Assembly (NCBI GenBank): GCA_963809895.1
Contig: CAWELD010000003.1
Coordinates: 1,440,001-1,504,000 of the forward strand
DNA length: 64,000 bases
Source of the DNA: an uncultured Gemmatimonadales bacterium
GTDB taxonomy: Bacteria; Gemmatimonadota; Gemmatimonadetes; Longimicrobiales; Gaopeijiaceae
Reading direction: 5' to 3'
A model generated the notes under the pieces. It did no database searches, was not told the DNA's origin, and saw only the letters and a list, made by a program, of their open reading frames with translations. Position numbers and translations under genes: made by a program. Of the stretch, positions 37,264 through 47,859 are shown in pieces. Within the stretch, counting starts at the first letter, position 1, and every line of letters starts with the position of its first letter.

Positions 37264-38739
37264 ATGACCTCGCGCAAGAACTTCTCGAGCACCCCCGTCG
37301 TCCTGGGTGCGACACTGATACTGGCCCTGTCTCTCGGCGCCTGTCGCGATGCCGACGGCCAGGGCGCACCCGACCAATCCCCGGCGGCCCAGACGGCGCT
37401 GGCACAGGAATCACCCTCGGAGGCGCCCCAGGCGCTCCAGGACGCCGCCCAGCAGGTGGACGCCTCGCGACGCACGGCCATCGTGCAGGCCGCCAATCGC
37501 GTGGCGCCGGCCGTGGTGACGGTGAACACCCGGCGCACGGAGCGGGTGCAGCCCCGGAGCCTGTGGGAGAGCTTCTTCCTGCCGCCCGGTGCCGCCCGTC
37601 GCGTGGCCGGGCTCGGCTCGGGCTTCGTCATCGACGGCGACCAGGGCTACGTGCTCACCAACAACCACGTGGTGGAAGGGGCCGACAGCGTCATGGTGAC
37701 CTTCCCCGACGGCCGGGACTTTCCGGCGACGGTGGTGGGGACCGACCCGGTGACCGACGTGGCGGTGATCCAGTTGCAGGGTGACGGTCCGTTTCCCGAG
37801 GCGCCCCTGGGCACCTCCGAAGGCCTCCTCATCGGCGAGTGGGTGGTGGCCATCGGCAATCCCTTCGGCTACCTCCTCTCCAACACCGAGCCCACCGTCA
37901 CCACCGGCGTGGTGAGCGCCGTGGGCCGCGACATCGTGCCCGACGCCAACAGCGGTGAGCAGGGGTCGTATCTGGGGATGATCCAGACCGACGCCTCCAT
38001 CAACCCGGGCAATTCGGGCGGGCCGCTGGTGAACGTGCTGGGTCAGGTCATCGGCGTGAACTCCTCCATCTTCTCGCGCAGCGGGGGGAGCGAGGGACTG
38101 GGCTTCGCCATCCCCATCGATCGGGCGCTCCGCTCCGCCCGCGACCTCATGGCCAGCGGCACTGTGCACCGCGCCTGGCTGGGCGTGGACGTACAACCGG
38201 CCGAGGCCGACTCCTGGGGACGCACCCGCGGCGTGCTGGTCTCACGTGTGGTGGGCGGCTCGCCGGCGCAGAAGGCCGGGCTCCGGCCCGGGCGCCGCAT
38301 CATGGACGTGAACGGCCACCGGCTGGCCGTGCCCCTGGACTGGCAGGACGTCATGCTGGACCTGAGGCCCGGCGACCAGGTGGAGCTCCACGTGGAGGGG
38401 AGCGACCAGCCCCTCCGGCTGACGGCCACCACCTCGCCCCTGGAGGACGCCGAGCGGGTCACGGCGCTGGACGAGATGCAGCTCATCTCGCTCACGCCGC
38501 AGATCCGGGGTGAGTTGGGCGTCGCGGCCGAGCAGGGCGCGGTGGTGGTGAAGGTGAGCGACGCCATCCAGGCGCAGCTCGACTTCCGCGAGGGCGACGT
38601 CATCGTGCGCATCAACGGCACCGCCATCACCAGCGCCCAGCAGGCCGCCAGCACCCTGGACGGGCTGGGGCCCGGTCGGGTGGAGATCATCCTCGAGCGC
38701 GGTGGCAGCTACGTGACCCACCGCTTCATCTGGCGGTGA
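37264..38739 (+). CDS. HtrA/DegP-like serine protease with PDZ domains (lipoprotein signal)
   Basis: LGAC lipobox, GSGF, TNNHVV, DVAV, QTDASINPGNSGGPL, two PDZ-like regions. Confidence 0.92.
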   Translation: MTSRKNFSSTPVVLGATLILALSLGACRDADGQGAPDQSPAAQTALAQESPSEAPQALQDAAQQVDASRRTAIVQAANRVAPAVVTVNTRRTERVQPRSLWESFFLPPGAARRVAGLGSGFVIDGDQGYVLTNNHVVEGADSVMVTFPDGRDFPATVVGTDPVTDVAVIQLQGDGPFPEAPLGTSEGLLIGEWVVAIGNPFGYLLSNTEPTVTTGVVSAVGRDIVPDANSGEQGSYLGMIQTDASINPGNSGGPLVNVLGQVIGVNSSIFSRSGGSEGLGFAIPIDRALRSARDLMASGTVHRAWLGVDVQPAEADSWGRTRGVLVSRVVGGSPAQKAGLRPGRRIMDVNGHRLAVPLDWQDVMLDLRPGDQVELHVEGSDQPLRLTATTSPLEDAERVTALDEMQLISLTPQIRGELGVAAEQGAVVVKVSDAIQAQLDFREGDVIVRINGTAITSAQQAASTLDGLGPGRVEIILERGGSYVTHRFIWR

Positions 38740-38746
38740 GGCGCCC

Positions 38747-40196
38747 ATGACCCAACCCGACCTGTCCCGCTACCGGCATCCGCTCACCGAGCGCTACGCG
38801 TCGCCGGAGATGCAGGCCGTCTTCTCGCCGGCCCGGCGCTACGGCACCTGGCGTCGGCTGTGGCTGGCGCTGGCCGAAGCGGAGCGGGAGCTGGGTCTGG
38901 ACATTCCCGACGAAGCGCTGGACCAGATGCGCGGGGCCCTGGAGCGCCTGGATCTGGACAAGGCGGCGGAATACGAGCGCCGCTTCCGCCACGACGTCAT
39001 GGCGCACGTGCACCTTTTCGGTGACGACGCACCGGCGGCCCGGGGCATCATCCACCTGGGCGCCACCAGCGCCTTCATCGGCGACAACACCGACCTCATC
39101 CTGCACCGCGAGGCGCTCTCGCTCATCCGGGATCGCCTGGTGCGCTCCGTCGCGGCGCTGGCGGACTTCGCCCACGAGCACCGCGAGCTGCCCACGCTGG
39201 CCTACACCCACTTCCAACCGGCGCAGCCCACCACGGTGGGCAAGCGCGCCACGCTGTGGATCCAGGATCTGCTCCTGGACGTGGAAGAGCTGGAATTCCG
39301 CCTCGACTCACTGCGCTTCCGTGGCGTGCGCGGGACCACGGGCACGCAGGCGTCGTTCCTGGAGCTCTTTCACGGGGATCACGAGCGGGTCGACCGGCTC
39401 GACGAGCTGGTGAGCGCCAAGATGGGCTTCGCCGACCAGTACGGGGTCAGCGGCCAGACCTACCCGCGCAAGGTGGATCAGGCGCTTCAGGCCACGCTGG
39501 CCGGCGCGGCGGCGTCCATCTCCAAGTTCGGCCACGATCTGCGCCTGCTGGCGCACCTGCGCGAGGTGGAGGAGCCCTTCGAGGCCGAGCAGATCGGTTC
39601 GTCGGCCATGCCGTACAAGCGCAACCCCATGCGGGCCGAGCGCATCTGCGCGCTGGCGCGCCACGTCATCACCCTGGCCCAGGACCCCGCCTTCACGGCG
39701 GCCACCCAGTGGCTGGAGCGCACCCTGGACGACTCGGCCAACCGCCGGCTGTCCATCCCCGATGCCTACCTCACGCTGGACGGCGCCCTGGTCCTCGTGG
39801 AGAACGTGGCCCGGGGACTGGTGGTGCACCCGGCCGTGGTGGCCCGGAACCTGGAGGAGCACCTGCCCTTCATGGCCACCGAGACGCTGCTCATGCACGC
39901 CACGGCGGCCGGGGGCGACCGCCAGGAGCTCCACGAGCGCATCCGCCGCCACGCGCACGCCGCCGCGGCGGAGATGAAAGCGGGCCGGCCGTCGGACCTG
40001 GTGGCTCGCATCGCCGGCGACAACGCGTTCGCCATGGACGCCGCGGCCATCGGAGGAGCTCATGGACGCCCGCCGCTTCGTGGGACGGGCGCCCGAGCAG
40101 GTGGACCGCTTCCTGGCCAGCCGGGTACGGCCCGTCCTCGATCGCCTGCAACCCGCTGCCGACGAACGTCTTGGGGAGCCCGAGGTCCGTGTCTGA
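38747..40196 (+). CDS. purB: Adenylosuccinate lyase (one extra base near 40052)
   Basis: RHDVMAH, HLGATS, THFQPAQ, GSSAMPYKRNP. Removing one G at about 40052 restores ...IEELMDARRFVGRAPEQV...EVRV*, ending 40196 and overlapping the purC start. Confidence 0.92.
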
Positions 40197-41136
40197 CACC
40201 GTGATCCGCACCGATCTCCCCCTTCCCCGCGTGCATGAGGGGAAGGTGCGCGACGTCTATGCCGTGGGCGACGACCGCCTGCTCATGGTGGCCAGCGACC
40301 GCGTGAGCGCCTTCGACGTCATCCTGCCCCAGCCGATTCCCCGCAAGGGCGAGGTGCTGACGCAGATCACCGGCTGGTGGCTCCAGCGCCTGGAGCGCGA
40401 CGAGGGGGTGCGCCACCATCTGCTGGCCGTGGACTCCGATCACATCGTGGAGCTACACCCGGAGTTGGCCGCCAGCCGGCCCGGCTGGGAGCGTCGCGCC
40501 ATGCTGGTGCGCCGTACCGAGCCCATCCTGGTGGAGTGCGTGGTACGGGGCTATCTGTCGGGCTCGGCGTGGCGCGAGTACCGGGTGTCGGGTACGCTGG
40601 CCGGAGAGCCGCTCCCTCAAGGGCTCCAGGAGAGCCAGCGCCTGCCCTCGCCGGTCTTCTCGCCGGCCACCAAGGCGCAGGAGGGGCACGACGAGAACAT
40701 CACCTTCGCCGAGGTGGTGGACGTGGTGGGGGTGGAGCGCGCCACGCGCCTGCGCGAGTTGTCGCTCCGCATCTACGAGCACGGTAGAGCGACCTGCGCC
40801 GCCCGCGGTATCCTGTTGGCGGACACCAAGTTCGAGTTCGGCGTCAGGCCCGACGGCACACTCCTCCTCATCGACGAGGTCATGACGCCGGACTCCTCGC
40901 GCTTCTGGCCCGAGGCCGACTACATGGTGGGCCGCGGGCAGCCGTCGCTGGACAAGCAGCCCATCCGGGACTGGCTCGACGCGCTCCCCGACTGGGACAA
41001 GTCGCCGCCTCCGCCGGACCTGCCGCCCGAGGTGGTGGGCGCCGCCTCGGCGCGCTACCTGGAGGTCTTTCAACGCCTCACGGGACAAGCGCTGGACGCG
41101 TGGACCCCGCCCCGCTTCGAGGTGGCCGGCCCATGA
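40189..41136 (+). CDS. purC: SAICAR synthetase
   Basis: GKVRDVY, SDRVSAFD, ECVVRGYLSGS, PATKA, DTKFEFG, DEVMTPDSSRFW, DKQ. Start GTG 40189. Confidence 0.95.
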   Translation: MSDTVIRTDLPLPRVHEGKVRDVYAVGDDRLLMVASDRVSAFDVILPQPIPRKGEVLTQITGWWLQRLERDEGVRHHLLAVDSDHIVELHPELAASRPGWERRAMLVRRTEPILVECVVRGYLSGSAWREYRVSGTLAGEPLPQGLQESQRLPSPVFSPATKAQEGHDENITFAEVVDVVGVERATRLRELSLRIYEHGRATCAARGILLADTKFEFGVRPDGTLLLIDEVMTPDSSRFWPEADYMVGRGQPSLDKQPIRDWLDALPDWDKSPPPPDLPPEVVGAASARYLEVFQRLTGQALDAWTPPRFEVAGP

Positions 41137-42059
41137 CGCCCCAGGGCCGCGACGACGACGTCGGCGGCGCCACCCCGGGCCGCCGGCGCCCGTCCCTCCA
41201 GCGTGGGGTCATCATCCTGCCCTCGGCCTTCACGCTGGGGAACCTGTTCTTCGGCGTCTACGCCATCGTGGCGGCCACCCGCGGCGATTTCGAATGGGCG
41301 GGCTGGTTCGTGGTCATCGCCGGCGTGCTGGACATGCTGGACGGTCGGGTGGCTCGCTTCACGCGCACGGGCACGCGCTTCGGCGCCGAGCTGGACTCGT
41401 TGGTGGACGCCATCTCCTTCGGCGTCGCGCCTGCGCTCATCATGTACGAGATCTTCTTCCACGATGCCTCGTGGAGCTGGACGCTCTCGTACGTCTACGT
41501 GGTGGCGGCCGTGGTGCGGCTGGCGCGCTTCAACATCGAGCAGGGCGGCGAGGCCAAGCGGGTCTTCCACGGTCTCCCCTCGCCCGCCGCGGGCATGACG
41601 CTGGCCAGCTACTACCCGTTCAGCCAGACGCCCTTCTATCAGACCTATCTGGCCGCCCTGCCCTGGCACCAGATCATGGCCATGGCCATGGTGCTGCTGG
41701 CGGTGCTCATGGTGAGCCACGTGCCCTACGCCAAGGTGCCCCGCATCGGCTTCCGCACGCGCAAGGGCCAGCTCACCACGCTGTGGATCCTGCTGCTGGT
41801 GGTGCTCGCCTTCACCGTGCCCCGCTACTACTTCTTCACCGCCCTGGTCCTGTACATGGCGTGGGGACTCCTGCGCTCCGTCCTCCTGGGCCTGCTGGAT
41901 CGGCTCCCCGAGCGGGACCCGCTCCTGGACGAGGACGAAGACGAGGACGACGAGCTGCCCACCCGGGCCATGGACTACAGAGAATTGACCCCCTCCCGCC
42001 CCCGTCACGGGCCGAAGGCGGGATCCCACCACCCGGACCACCCGGAGACCGACGCGTGA
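41133..42059 (+). CDS. pssA: CDP-diacylglycerol--serine O-phosphatidyltransferase
   Basis: [17 protein letters not shown]...[28 protein letters not shown]. Confidence 0.9.
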   Translation: MTPQGRDDDVGGATPGRRRPSLQRGVIILPSAFTLGNLFFGVYAIVAATRGDFEWAGWFVVIAGVLDMLDGRVARFTRTGTRFGAELDSLVDAISFGVAPALIMYEIFFHDASWSWTLSYVYVVAAVVRLARFNIEQGGEAKRVFHGLPSPAAGMTLASYYPFSQTPFYQTYLAALPWHQIMAMAMVLLAVLMVSHVPYAKVPRIGFRTRKGQLTTLWILLLVVLAFTVPRYYFFTALVLYMAWGLLRSVLLGLLDRLPERDPLLDEDEDEDDELPTRAMDYRELTPSRPRHGPKAGSHHPDHPETDA

Positions 42060-42319
42060 GCCGTTTTCGCCTGGAGATTCGCGTGACCCCCCGCCCCGGC
42101 ATCCTGGACCCCGAGGGCAAGGCCATCCACCACGCCCTGCACCAGCTCGGCTGGAGCGGCGTGGACGACGTGCGCGTAGGCAAGTCCATCCACCTGGAGA
42201 TCGGCGCGGCCTCCGCCGCCGAGGCCCGGGCCGAAGCCGAGGCCATGTGCCGCAAGCTGCTGGCCAACCCGGTGACCGAGGACTTCGAGGTCTACCAGGT
42301 GGAGGAGGCGGCCGTATGA
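42056..42319 (+). CDS. purS: FGAM synthase subunit PurS
   Basis: ILDPEGKAI...VRVGK...[14 protein letters not shown]. Confidence 0.93.
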   Translation: MSRFRLEIRVTPRPGILDPEGKAIHHALHQLGWSGVDDVRVGKSIHLEIGAASAAEARAEAEAMCRKLLANPVTEDFEVYQVEEAAV

Positions 42320-43014
42320 AGGTCGCCGTGGTCACCTTTCCCGGCTCCAACTGCGACTACGACCTCTACAAGGCCGTGCAGCAGGTAGGGGGCGAGCCCG
42401 AGTTCCGCTGGCACCGCGAGCGCGGCCTCGAGGGCATGGACGCGGTGCTGCTCCCCGGGGGATTCAGCTACGGCGACTATCTCCGCGCGGGGGCCATCGC
42501 CCGCTTCAGCCCGATCATGGACGACGTGGTGGCCTTCGCCGAGGCCGGGGGCCCGGTGCTGGGCATCTGCAACGGGTTCCAGATCCTGTGCGAGGCCGGC
42601 CTGCTGCCCGGCGCGCTCATCCGCAACGCCTCGCTCCGCTTTCAGAGCGAGGACGTGCGCATCCGGGTGGAGCGCACCGACACGCTCTTCACCCGCGACT
42701 ACCAGCGCGGTCAGGTGCTGCGCATCCCCATCGCCCACGCCGAAGGCAACTACCGGGCCGACGACGAGACCCTGGCCATGCTGGAGGGCGAGGACCGCAT
42801 CCTGTTCCGCTACGTGGACCGCGACGGGCGCCCCGCGCCCGAGGCCAACCCCAACGGCTCGGCCCACAACATCGCTGGCCTGCTCAACGAAGCCGGCAAC
42901 GTCATGGGGATGATGCCTCACCCCGAGCGCGCCATGGAAGACATCCTGGGCTCCACCGACGGCCTGGGCGTCTTCACCTCGCTGGTGGCCAGCCTGGCCG
43001 CCGCCGCCGCCTGA
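42316..43014 (+). CDS. purQ: FGAM synthase subunit PurQ
   Basis: [41 protein letters not shown]. Confidence 0.96.
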   Translation: MKVAVVTFPGSNCDYDLYKAVQQVGGEPEFRWHRERGLEGMDAVLLPGGFSYGDYLRAGAIARFSPIMDDVVAFAEAGGPVLGICNGFQILCEAGLLPGALIRNASLRFQSEDVRIRVERTDTLFTRDYQRGQVLRIPIAHAEGNYRADDETLAMLEGEDRILFRYVDRDGRPAPEANPNGSAHNIAGLLNEAGNVMGMMPHPERAMEDILGSTDGLGVFTSLVASLAAAAA

Positions 43015-43039
43015 CCCTCGAACGCCGACGACCCACGAC

Positions 43040-45368
43040 GTGAGCGCCGACACCACTACCGAGCGAAAGACGCTGACCCCCGCCGCCGTCCAGCCGCGTG
43101 ACGGAGATCCCGTGGTAACCCCCGAGGTCGTGGCCGATCACGGACTGTCGCCCGAGGAGTACGAGCGCGTCCGCGCCCTCATGGGCAGGGATCCCACCTT
43201 CACCGAGCTCGGGATCTTCAGTGCCATGTGGTCCGAGCACTGCGGTTACAAGAACTCCAAGCGGGTGCTGAGGCTGCTGCCCACGGAAGCGCCCTGGGTG
43301 ATCCAGGGTCCCGGCGAGAACGCCGGCGTCATCGACATCGGCGACGGCTACGCGCTGGCCTTCAAGATCGAGTCCCACAACCATCCCTCGGCGGTGGAGC
43401 CCTATCAGGGCGCGGCCACCGGGGTGGGCGGGATTCTGCGGGACATCTTCACCATGGGCGCCCGCCCCATCGCCGTGCTGGACTCGCTCCGTTTCGGCGA
43501 CCTGGACACGCCCCGGGTGCGCTACCTTTTCGGCGGCGTGGTGAAGGGGGTGGGCGACTACGGCAATTGCGTGGGGATTCCCAACATCGGCGGCGAGGTG
43601 CAGTTCGACCGGGGCTACGAAGGCAATCCCATCGTCAACGCCATGTGCCTGGGGCTCATGAAGAAGGAGGAGCTCATCACCGGCGTGGCCGAGGGGGTGG
43701 GCAACACCCTCATGGCCGTGGGCGCCCGTACCGGCCGCGACGGCATCCACGGGGCCACCTTCGCCTCGGAGGAGCTCAGTGAGGATTCCGACGAGGCCAG
43801 TCGCCCGCAGGTGCAGGTGGGGGATCCCTTCACGGAGAAGCTGCTGCTGGAGGCCAGCCTGGAGCTCATCGCCAGCGGCCACATCGTGGGCATCCAGGAC
43901 ATGGGGGCCGCCGGCATCACGTCGTCGGCCTCGGAGATGGCCGGCCGGGCCGGCAACGGCGTGGAGATCGACACGGCGAAGGTGCCGGTGCGCGAACCCG
44001 GCATGACGCCCTACGAGATCCTGCTGTCCGAATCGCAGGAGCGCATGCTGGTGGTGGCCACGGTGGGCCACGAAGCCGAGGTGCGCCGCATTCTGGAGAA
44101 GTGGGAGCTCGAGGCCGAGGTCATCGGCCGGGTCACCGACGACGGCATGTTCCGCGTGCTGGAGAACGGCGTGCACCGTGGCCGAGATCCCCGCGCTGCC
44201 CCTCACCGACGGCTGCCCCACCTACGAGCGCGAGGGCATCGAGGCGCTTGAGATCGCCGAGCTCCGCGACCGGGAGCTGCCCGAGGCCGAGATGCCCGGG
44301 CGTGACCTGTCCGAGGCGCTGGTGACGCTCATGGGCTCGCCCAACCTGGCGTCGCGCCGCTGGATCTACCGGCAGTACGACTCCACGGTGCGCACCGGCA
44401 CCGCGGTGCGGCCCGGCGGCGACGCCGGCGTGGTGCGCATCCGGGGGACTGAGCGGGCCGTGGCGGCCACCACCGACTGCAACGGCCGCTACGTCTACCT
44501 GGAGCCCCGCACCGGCGCCATGGCGGCAGTGGCCGAGGCCGCCCGCAACCTGGTGTGCGTGGGCGCGCTGCCCACGGCCATCACCAACAACCTCAATTTC
44601 GGCAACCCGCTCAAGCCGCACATCTACTACCAGTTCCGCGAGGCGGCGCTGGGCATGGCCGAGGCGTGCCGGCTCTTCGAGACCCCCGTGACCGGCGGCA
44701 ACGTGTCGTTCTACAACGAGACCGACGGCCGGGCCATCTATCCCACGCCGGTCATCGGCATGGTGGGCGTGGTGGACGACGTGGCCCACCTCATGGGGCA
44801 GGCCTTCCGCCGGCCCGGCGACGCCATCGTGCTGCTGGGCGACAACACCAACGAGTTGGGCGGCTCCGAATACCTGTACGTCTTCCACGACCTGGTGGCC
44901 GGCCGGCCGCCTTCGGTGGACCTCATGGCCGAGCGCAGCCTGCAACAGGCCGTGCTGGCGCTCATCCAGAAGGACATGGTGGCGTCGGCACACGACTGCG
45001 CCGAGGGCGGCCTGGCGGTGGCGCTGGTGGAGAGCGCGCTGGGCGACGGCGAGCATCCACTGGGGCTGGACGTGACGCTGGAAGACGCCCTGCCCGCCGT
45101 GCCCCTGCTCTTCGGTGAGGCCCAGGGTCGCGTGGTGGTGTCCTGCGCCCCGGACCGGGTCGACGACGTGCTGGAAACGGCGCTGCGATACGGGGTGCCC
45201 GCCCGCCACGTCGGCACCGTGAAGAAGGCCGCCGAGGGAGTGCGCATCGCCGGCGGCGGCCACGAGGTGCGGGCCGAGGTGGCAGCGCTGCTGGCGGCGT
45301 GGCGCGACGGACTGCCGGCGCGCATGGACGCCGGCGCGGATGCGGGCGGCGCCGGAGGAGCGGGCTGA
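43040..45368 (+). CDS. purL: FGAM synthase subunit PurL (one extra base near 44174)
   Basis: [22 protein letters not shown] and SESQERM in ORF 43040..44251. Continues in ORF 44178..45368 ([23 protein letters not shown]). Confidence 0.93.
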
Positions 45369-46756
45369 TGTGCGGCGTCGTGGGGATCACGGGCATTCCC
45401 GACGCCGCCGAGCTGGCGTTCCTGGGACTGTACGCGCTCCAGCACAGGGGCCAGGAGTCGGCGGGCATCGTGGCCGTGGACGAGCGGGGCGACGCTCGGG
45501 CCCACAAGGGTCTCGGGCTGGTGGCCGACGTCTTCGGCGCCGAGCAGCTCAAGGCGCTGCCCGGCAGCACCGCCATCGGGCACGTGCGCTACTCCACGGC
45601 CGGTGGGGGCGGCGCGCGCAACGCCCAGCCCATCATGGTGCGCTACGCCGAGGGCGACCTGGCCATCGCCCACAACGGCAACCTCACCAACGCCCACGAC
45701 CTGCGCTCCTGGCTGGTGCGCGAGGGCTCCATCTTCCAGTCCACGTCGGACTCGGAGGTCATCGTGCACCTGGTGGCGCGCTCCCGGCACGAGACCGTGG
45801 AGGCGCAGATCGACGATGCGCTGCTCCACCTCGAGGGCGCCTTCAGCCTGGTCATGTCGGTGGGCGAGACGCTCTATGCCGCCCGGGATCCCCGGGGATT
45901 CCGGCCCCTGGTGCTGGGCCGCAAGGGCGAGGGCCACGTGGTGGCCAGCGAGACCTGCGCCCTGGACATCCTGGGCGCCGAGTACGTGCGCGACATCGAG
46001 CCCGGTGAGGTGCTCCGCATCCGGGGACCCCGGGTGGAGCGACTGCGCTCGCTGCCGCCCGCCGATCAGCCGGCGCCATGCATTTTCGAGCTGGTCTACT
46101 TCGCCCGCCCCGACTCGCGCCTGTGGGGAGTGAGCGTGGACCGGGCCCGGCGGGCCTTCGGGCGCCAGCTCGCCCGGGAGCACGCGGTGGAGGCCGACTG
46201 CGTCATCGCCGTGCCCGACTCGGCCAACTCGGCGGCGCTGGGCTTCGCCGAAGAGAGCGGGATCCCCTTCGAGCTCGGGCTGCTCCGCAACCACTACGTG
46301 GGCCGCACCTTCATCAAGCCCAGCCAGGCCGACCGTGACTTCGGGGCCCGCATGAAGTACAACCCGGTGAAGGAAGTGCTGGAAGGCAACCGGGTCGTGG
46401 TGGTGGACGACTCGCTGGTGCGGGGCACCACGTCGCGCAGCCTGGTCAAGTTCCTGCGCGACGCAGGCGCCACCGCGGTGCACTTCCGCATCGCCTCGCC
46501 TCCCGTGCGCTTTCCCTGCTTCTACGGCATCGACATGCCGAGCAAGGAAGAGCTCATCGGCTCCCAGATGAGCGTGGACGAGATCCGCGCCGAGCTGGGC
46601 GTGGACTCGCTGGGCTACCTGTCGCTGGAGGGCATGGAGGGCGCCGTGGAGGAGCGCGGTCCCTTCTGCAACGCCTGTTTCTCGGGCAACTACCGGGCCC
46701 CGCTGGTAGACGTCGAGAAGGGCTACGTGCCCGGCAACGCCCCGGTGGGCTGCTGA
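45368..46756 (+). CDS. purF: Amidophosphoribosyltransferase
   Basis: N-terminal MCGVVG, QHRGQESAG, GHVRYST, HNGN, YFARPDS, VDDSLVRGTT, CFYGID. Confidence 0.96.
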   Translation: MCGVVGITGIPDAAELAFLGLYALQHRGQESAGIVAVDERGDARAHKGLGLVADVFGAEQLKALPGSTAIGHVRYSTAGGGGARNAQPIMVRYAEGDLAIAHNGNLTNAHDLRSWLVREGSIFQSTSDSEVIVHLVARSRHETVEAQIDDALLHLEGAFSLVMSVGETLYAARDPRGFRPLVLGRKGEGHVVASETCALDILGAEYVRDIEPGEVLRIRGPRVERLRSLPPADQPAPCIFELVYFARPDSRLWGVSVDRARRAFGRQLAREHAVEADCVIAVPDSANSAALGFAEESGIPFELGLLRNHYVGRTFIKPSQADRDFGARMKYNPVKEVLEGNRVVVVDDSLVRGTTSRSLVKFLRDAGATAVHFRIASPPVRFPCFYGIDMPSKEELIGSQMSVDEIRAELGVDSLGYLSLEGMEGAVEERGPFCNACFSGNYRAPLVDVEKGYVPGNAPVGC

Positions 46757-46772
46757 GGAGCGGGAAGCGATC

Positions 46773-47774
46773 GTGGCAGAGGTCACCCGCGAGCGCGTGA
46801 GGGCGCTCCCCAAAGCCGAGCTGCACGTGCACCTGGACGGCAGCCTGCGCCCCGGCACCATGCTGGAGTTGGCGGACCCGGCCGGTGTGGTTCTGCCGGC
46901 CGACACTCCCGAGGGGCTGGCCGCGGCGCTCCGGGCCGACGAGGCCACCAGTCTGGTGGACTACCTGAAGGTCTTCGAGCTCACGCTGTCGGTGCTCCAG
47001 ACGGCCGATGCCCTGGAAAGGGTGGCCTACGAGCTGGTCGAGGACCACGCCGCCGAGGGCGTCACGGTGGTGGAGGTGCGCTTCAGCCCGGTCCTGAACG
47101 TGAAGGCCGGCCTCAGCCTGGACGCCGTCCTGGAGGCCGTGACCGCCGGGCTGGAGCGGGGGCGCCGCGATTTCGAGATCCTGCCGTCGGTCATCGTGTG
47201 CGCCCTCCGGCACCTGGACCCGGCCGTCTCCATCCGCCTGGCCGAGCTGGCGATCCGTTGGCGGGAGCGGGGCGTGGTGGCGCTGGACCTGGCCGCCGGT
47301 GAGGCCGGCAATCCGGCCCGCAGCCACTCGGCGGCCTTTCGCCTGGCCACCAAGGGCGGCCTGGGCCGCACCGTGCACGCCGGCGAGGCCTGGGGACCGG
47401 ACTCCATCCGTCAGGCGTTGGTGGACGGCTGGGCCGAGCGCATCGGCCACGGCACCCGCCTCTACGAGGATCCCGAGCTGGAGGCCTACATCCGGGACCA
47501 CCGCATCCCCCTGGAGGTGTGCCTCACCAGCAACGTCCAGACCGGCGCGGCCCCCAGCCTGGCCGAGCACCCCGCCCGTCGCTACTTCGACCTGGACATC
47601 CCCCTCACCTTCTGCACCGACAACCGCCTCGTGTCGGGCACCACCGTGACCGACGAATACATGAAAGCCCACGAGCACCTGGGCTTCACCTGGGACGAGC
47701 TGGTGAAGGTGGCGCGCATGGGCTTCGAGTCGGCGTTTCTGCCGTGGGACGTGAAGAGGGAGTTGGTGGGTTAG
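46773..47774 (+). CDS. add: Adenosine/adenine deaminase
   Basis: PKAELHVHLDGS, HAGE, RIGHG, EVCLTSN, TDN. Confidence 0.9.
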   Translation: MAEVTRERVRALPKAELHVHLDGSLRPGTMLELADPAGVVLPADTPEGLAAALRADEATSLVDYLKVFELTLSVLQTADALERVAYELVEDHAAEGVTVVEVRFSPVLNVKAGLSLDAVLEAVTAGLERGRRDFEILPSVIVCALRHLDPAVSIRLAELAIRWRERGVVALDLAAGEAGNPARSHSAAFRLATKGGLGRTVHAGEAWGPDSIRQALVDGWAERIGHGTRLYEDPELEAYIRDHRIPLEVCLTSNVQTGAAPSLAEHPARRYFDLDIPLTFCTDNRLVSGTTVTDEYMKAHEHLGFTWDELVKVARMGFESAFLPWDVKRELVG

Positions 47775-47786
47775 CACGGCCCCCCC

Positions 47787-47814
47787 TTGCCGTTCCGCGA
47801 TCTCGGCGTAAGCT
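47787..47814 (+). promoter_or_regulatory. Putative promoter of the BTAD-STAND gene (TTGCCG-N16-TAAGCT)
   Basis: About 45 nt upstream of ATG 47860, which has a GAGG SD. Confidence 0.4.
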
Positions 47815-47859
47815 ACGCGACGGAGGTAACCCGCCAGCCCTCCGCACAAACGAGGTCGC

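Noticed and set aside
40040..44190. Programmed ribosomal frameshifting or pseudogenisation in purB and purL
   Set aside because: No slippery heptamers, and both halves are intact. Similar single-base indels in unrelated genes point to sequence error.
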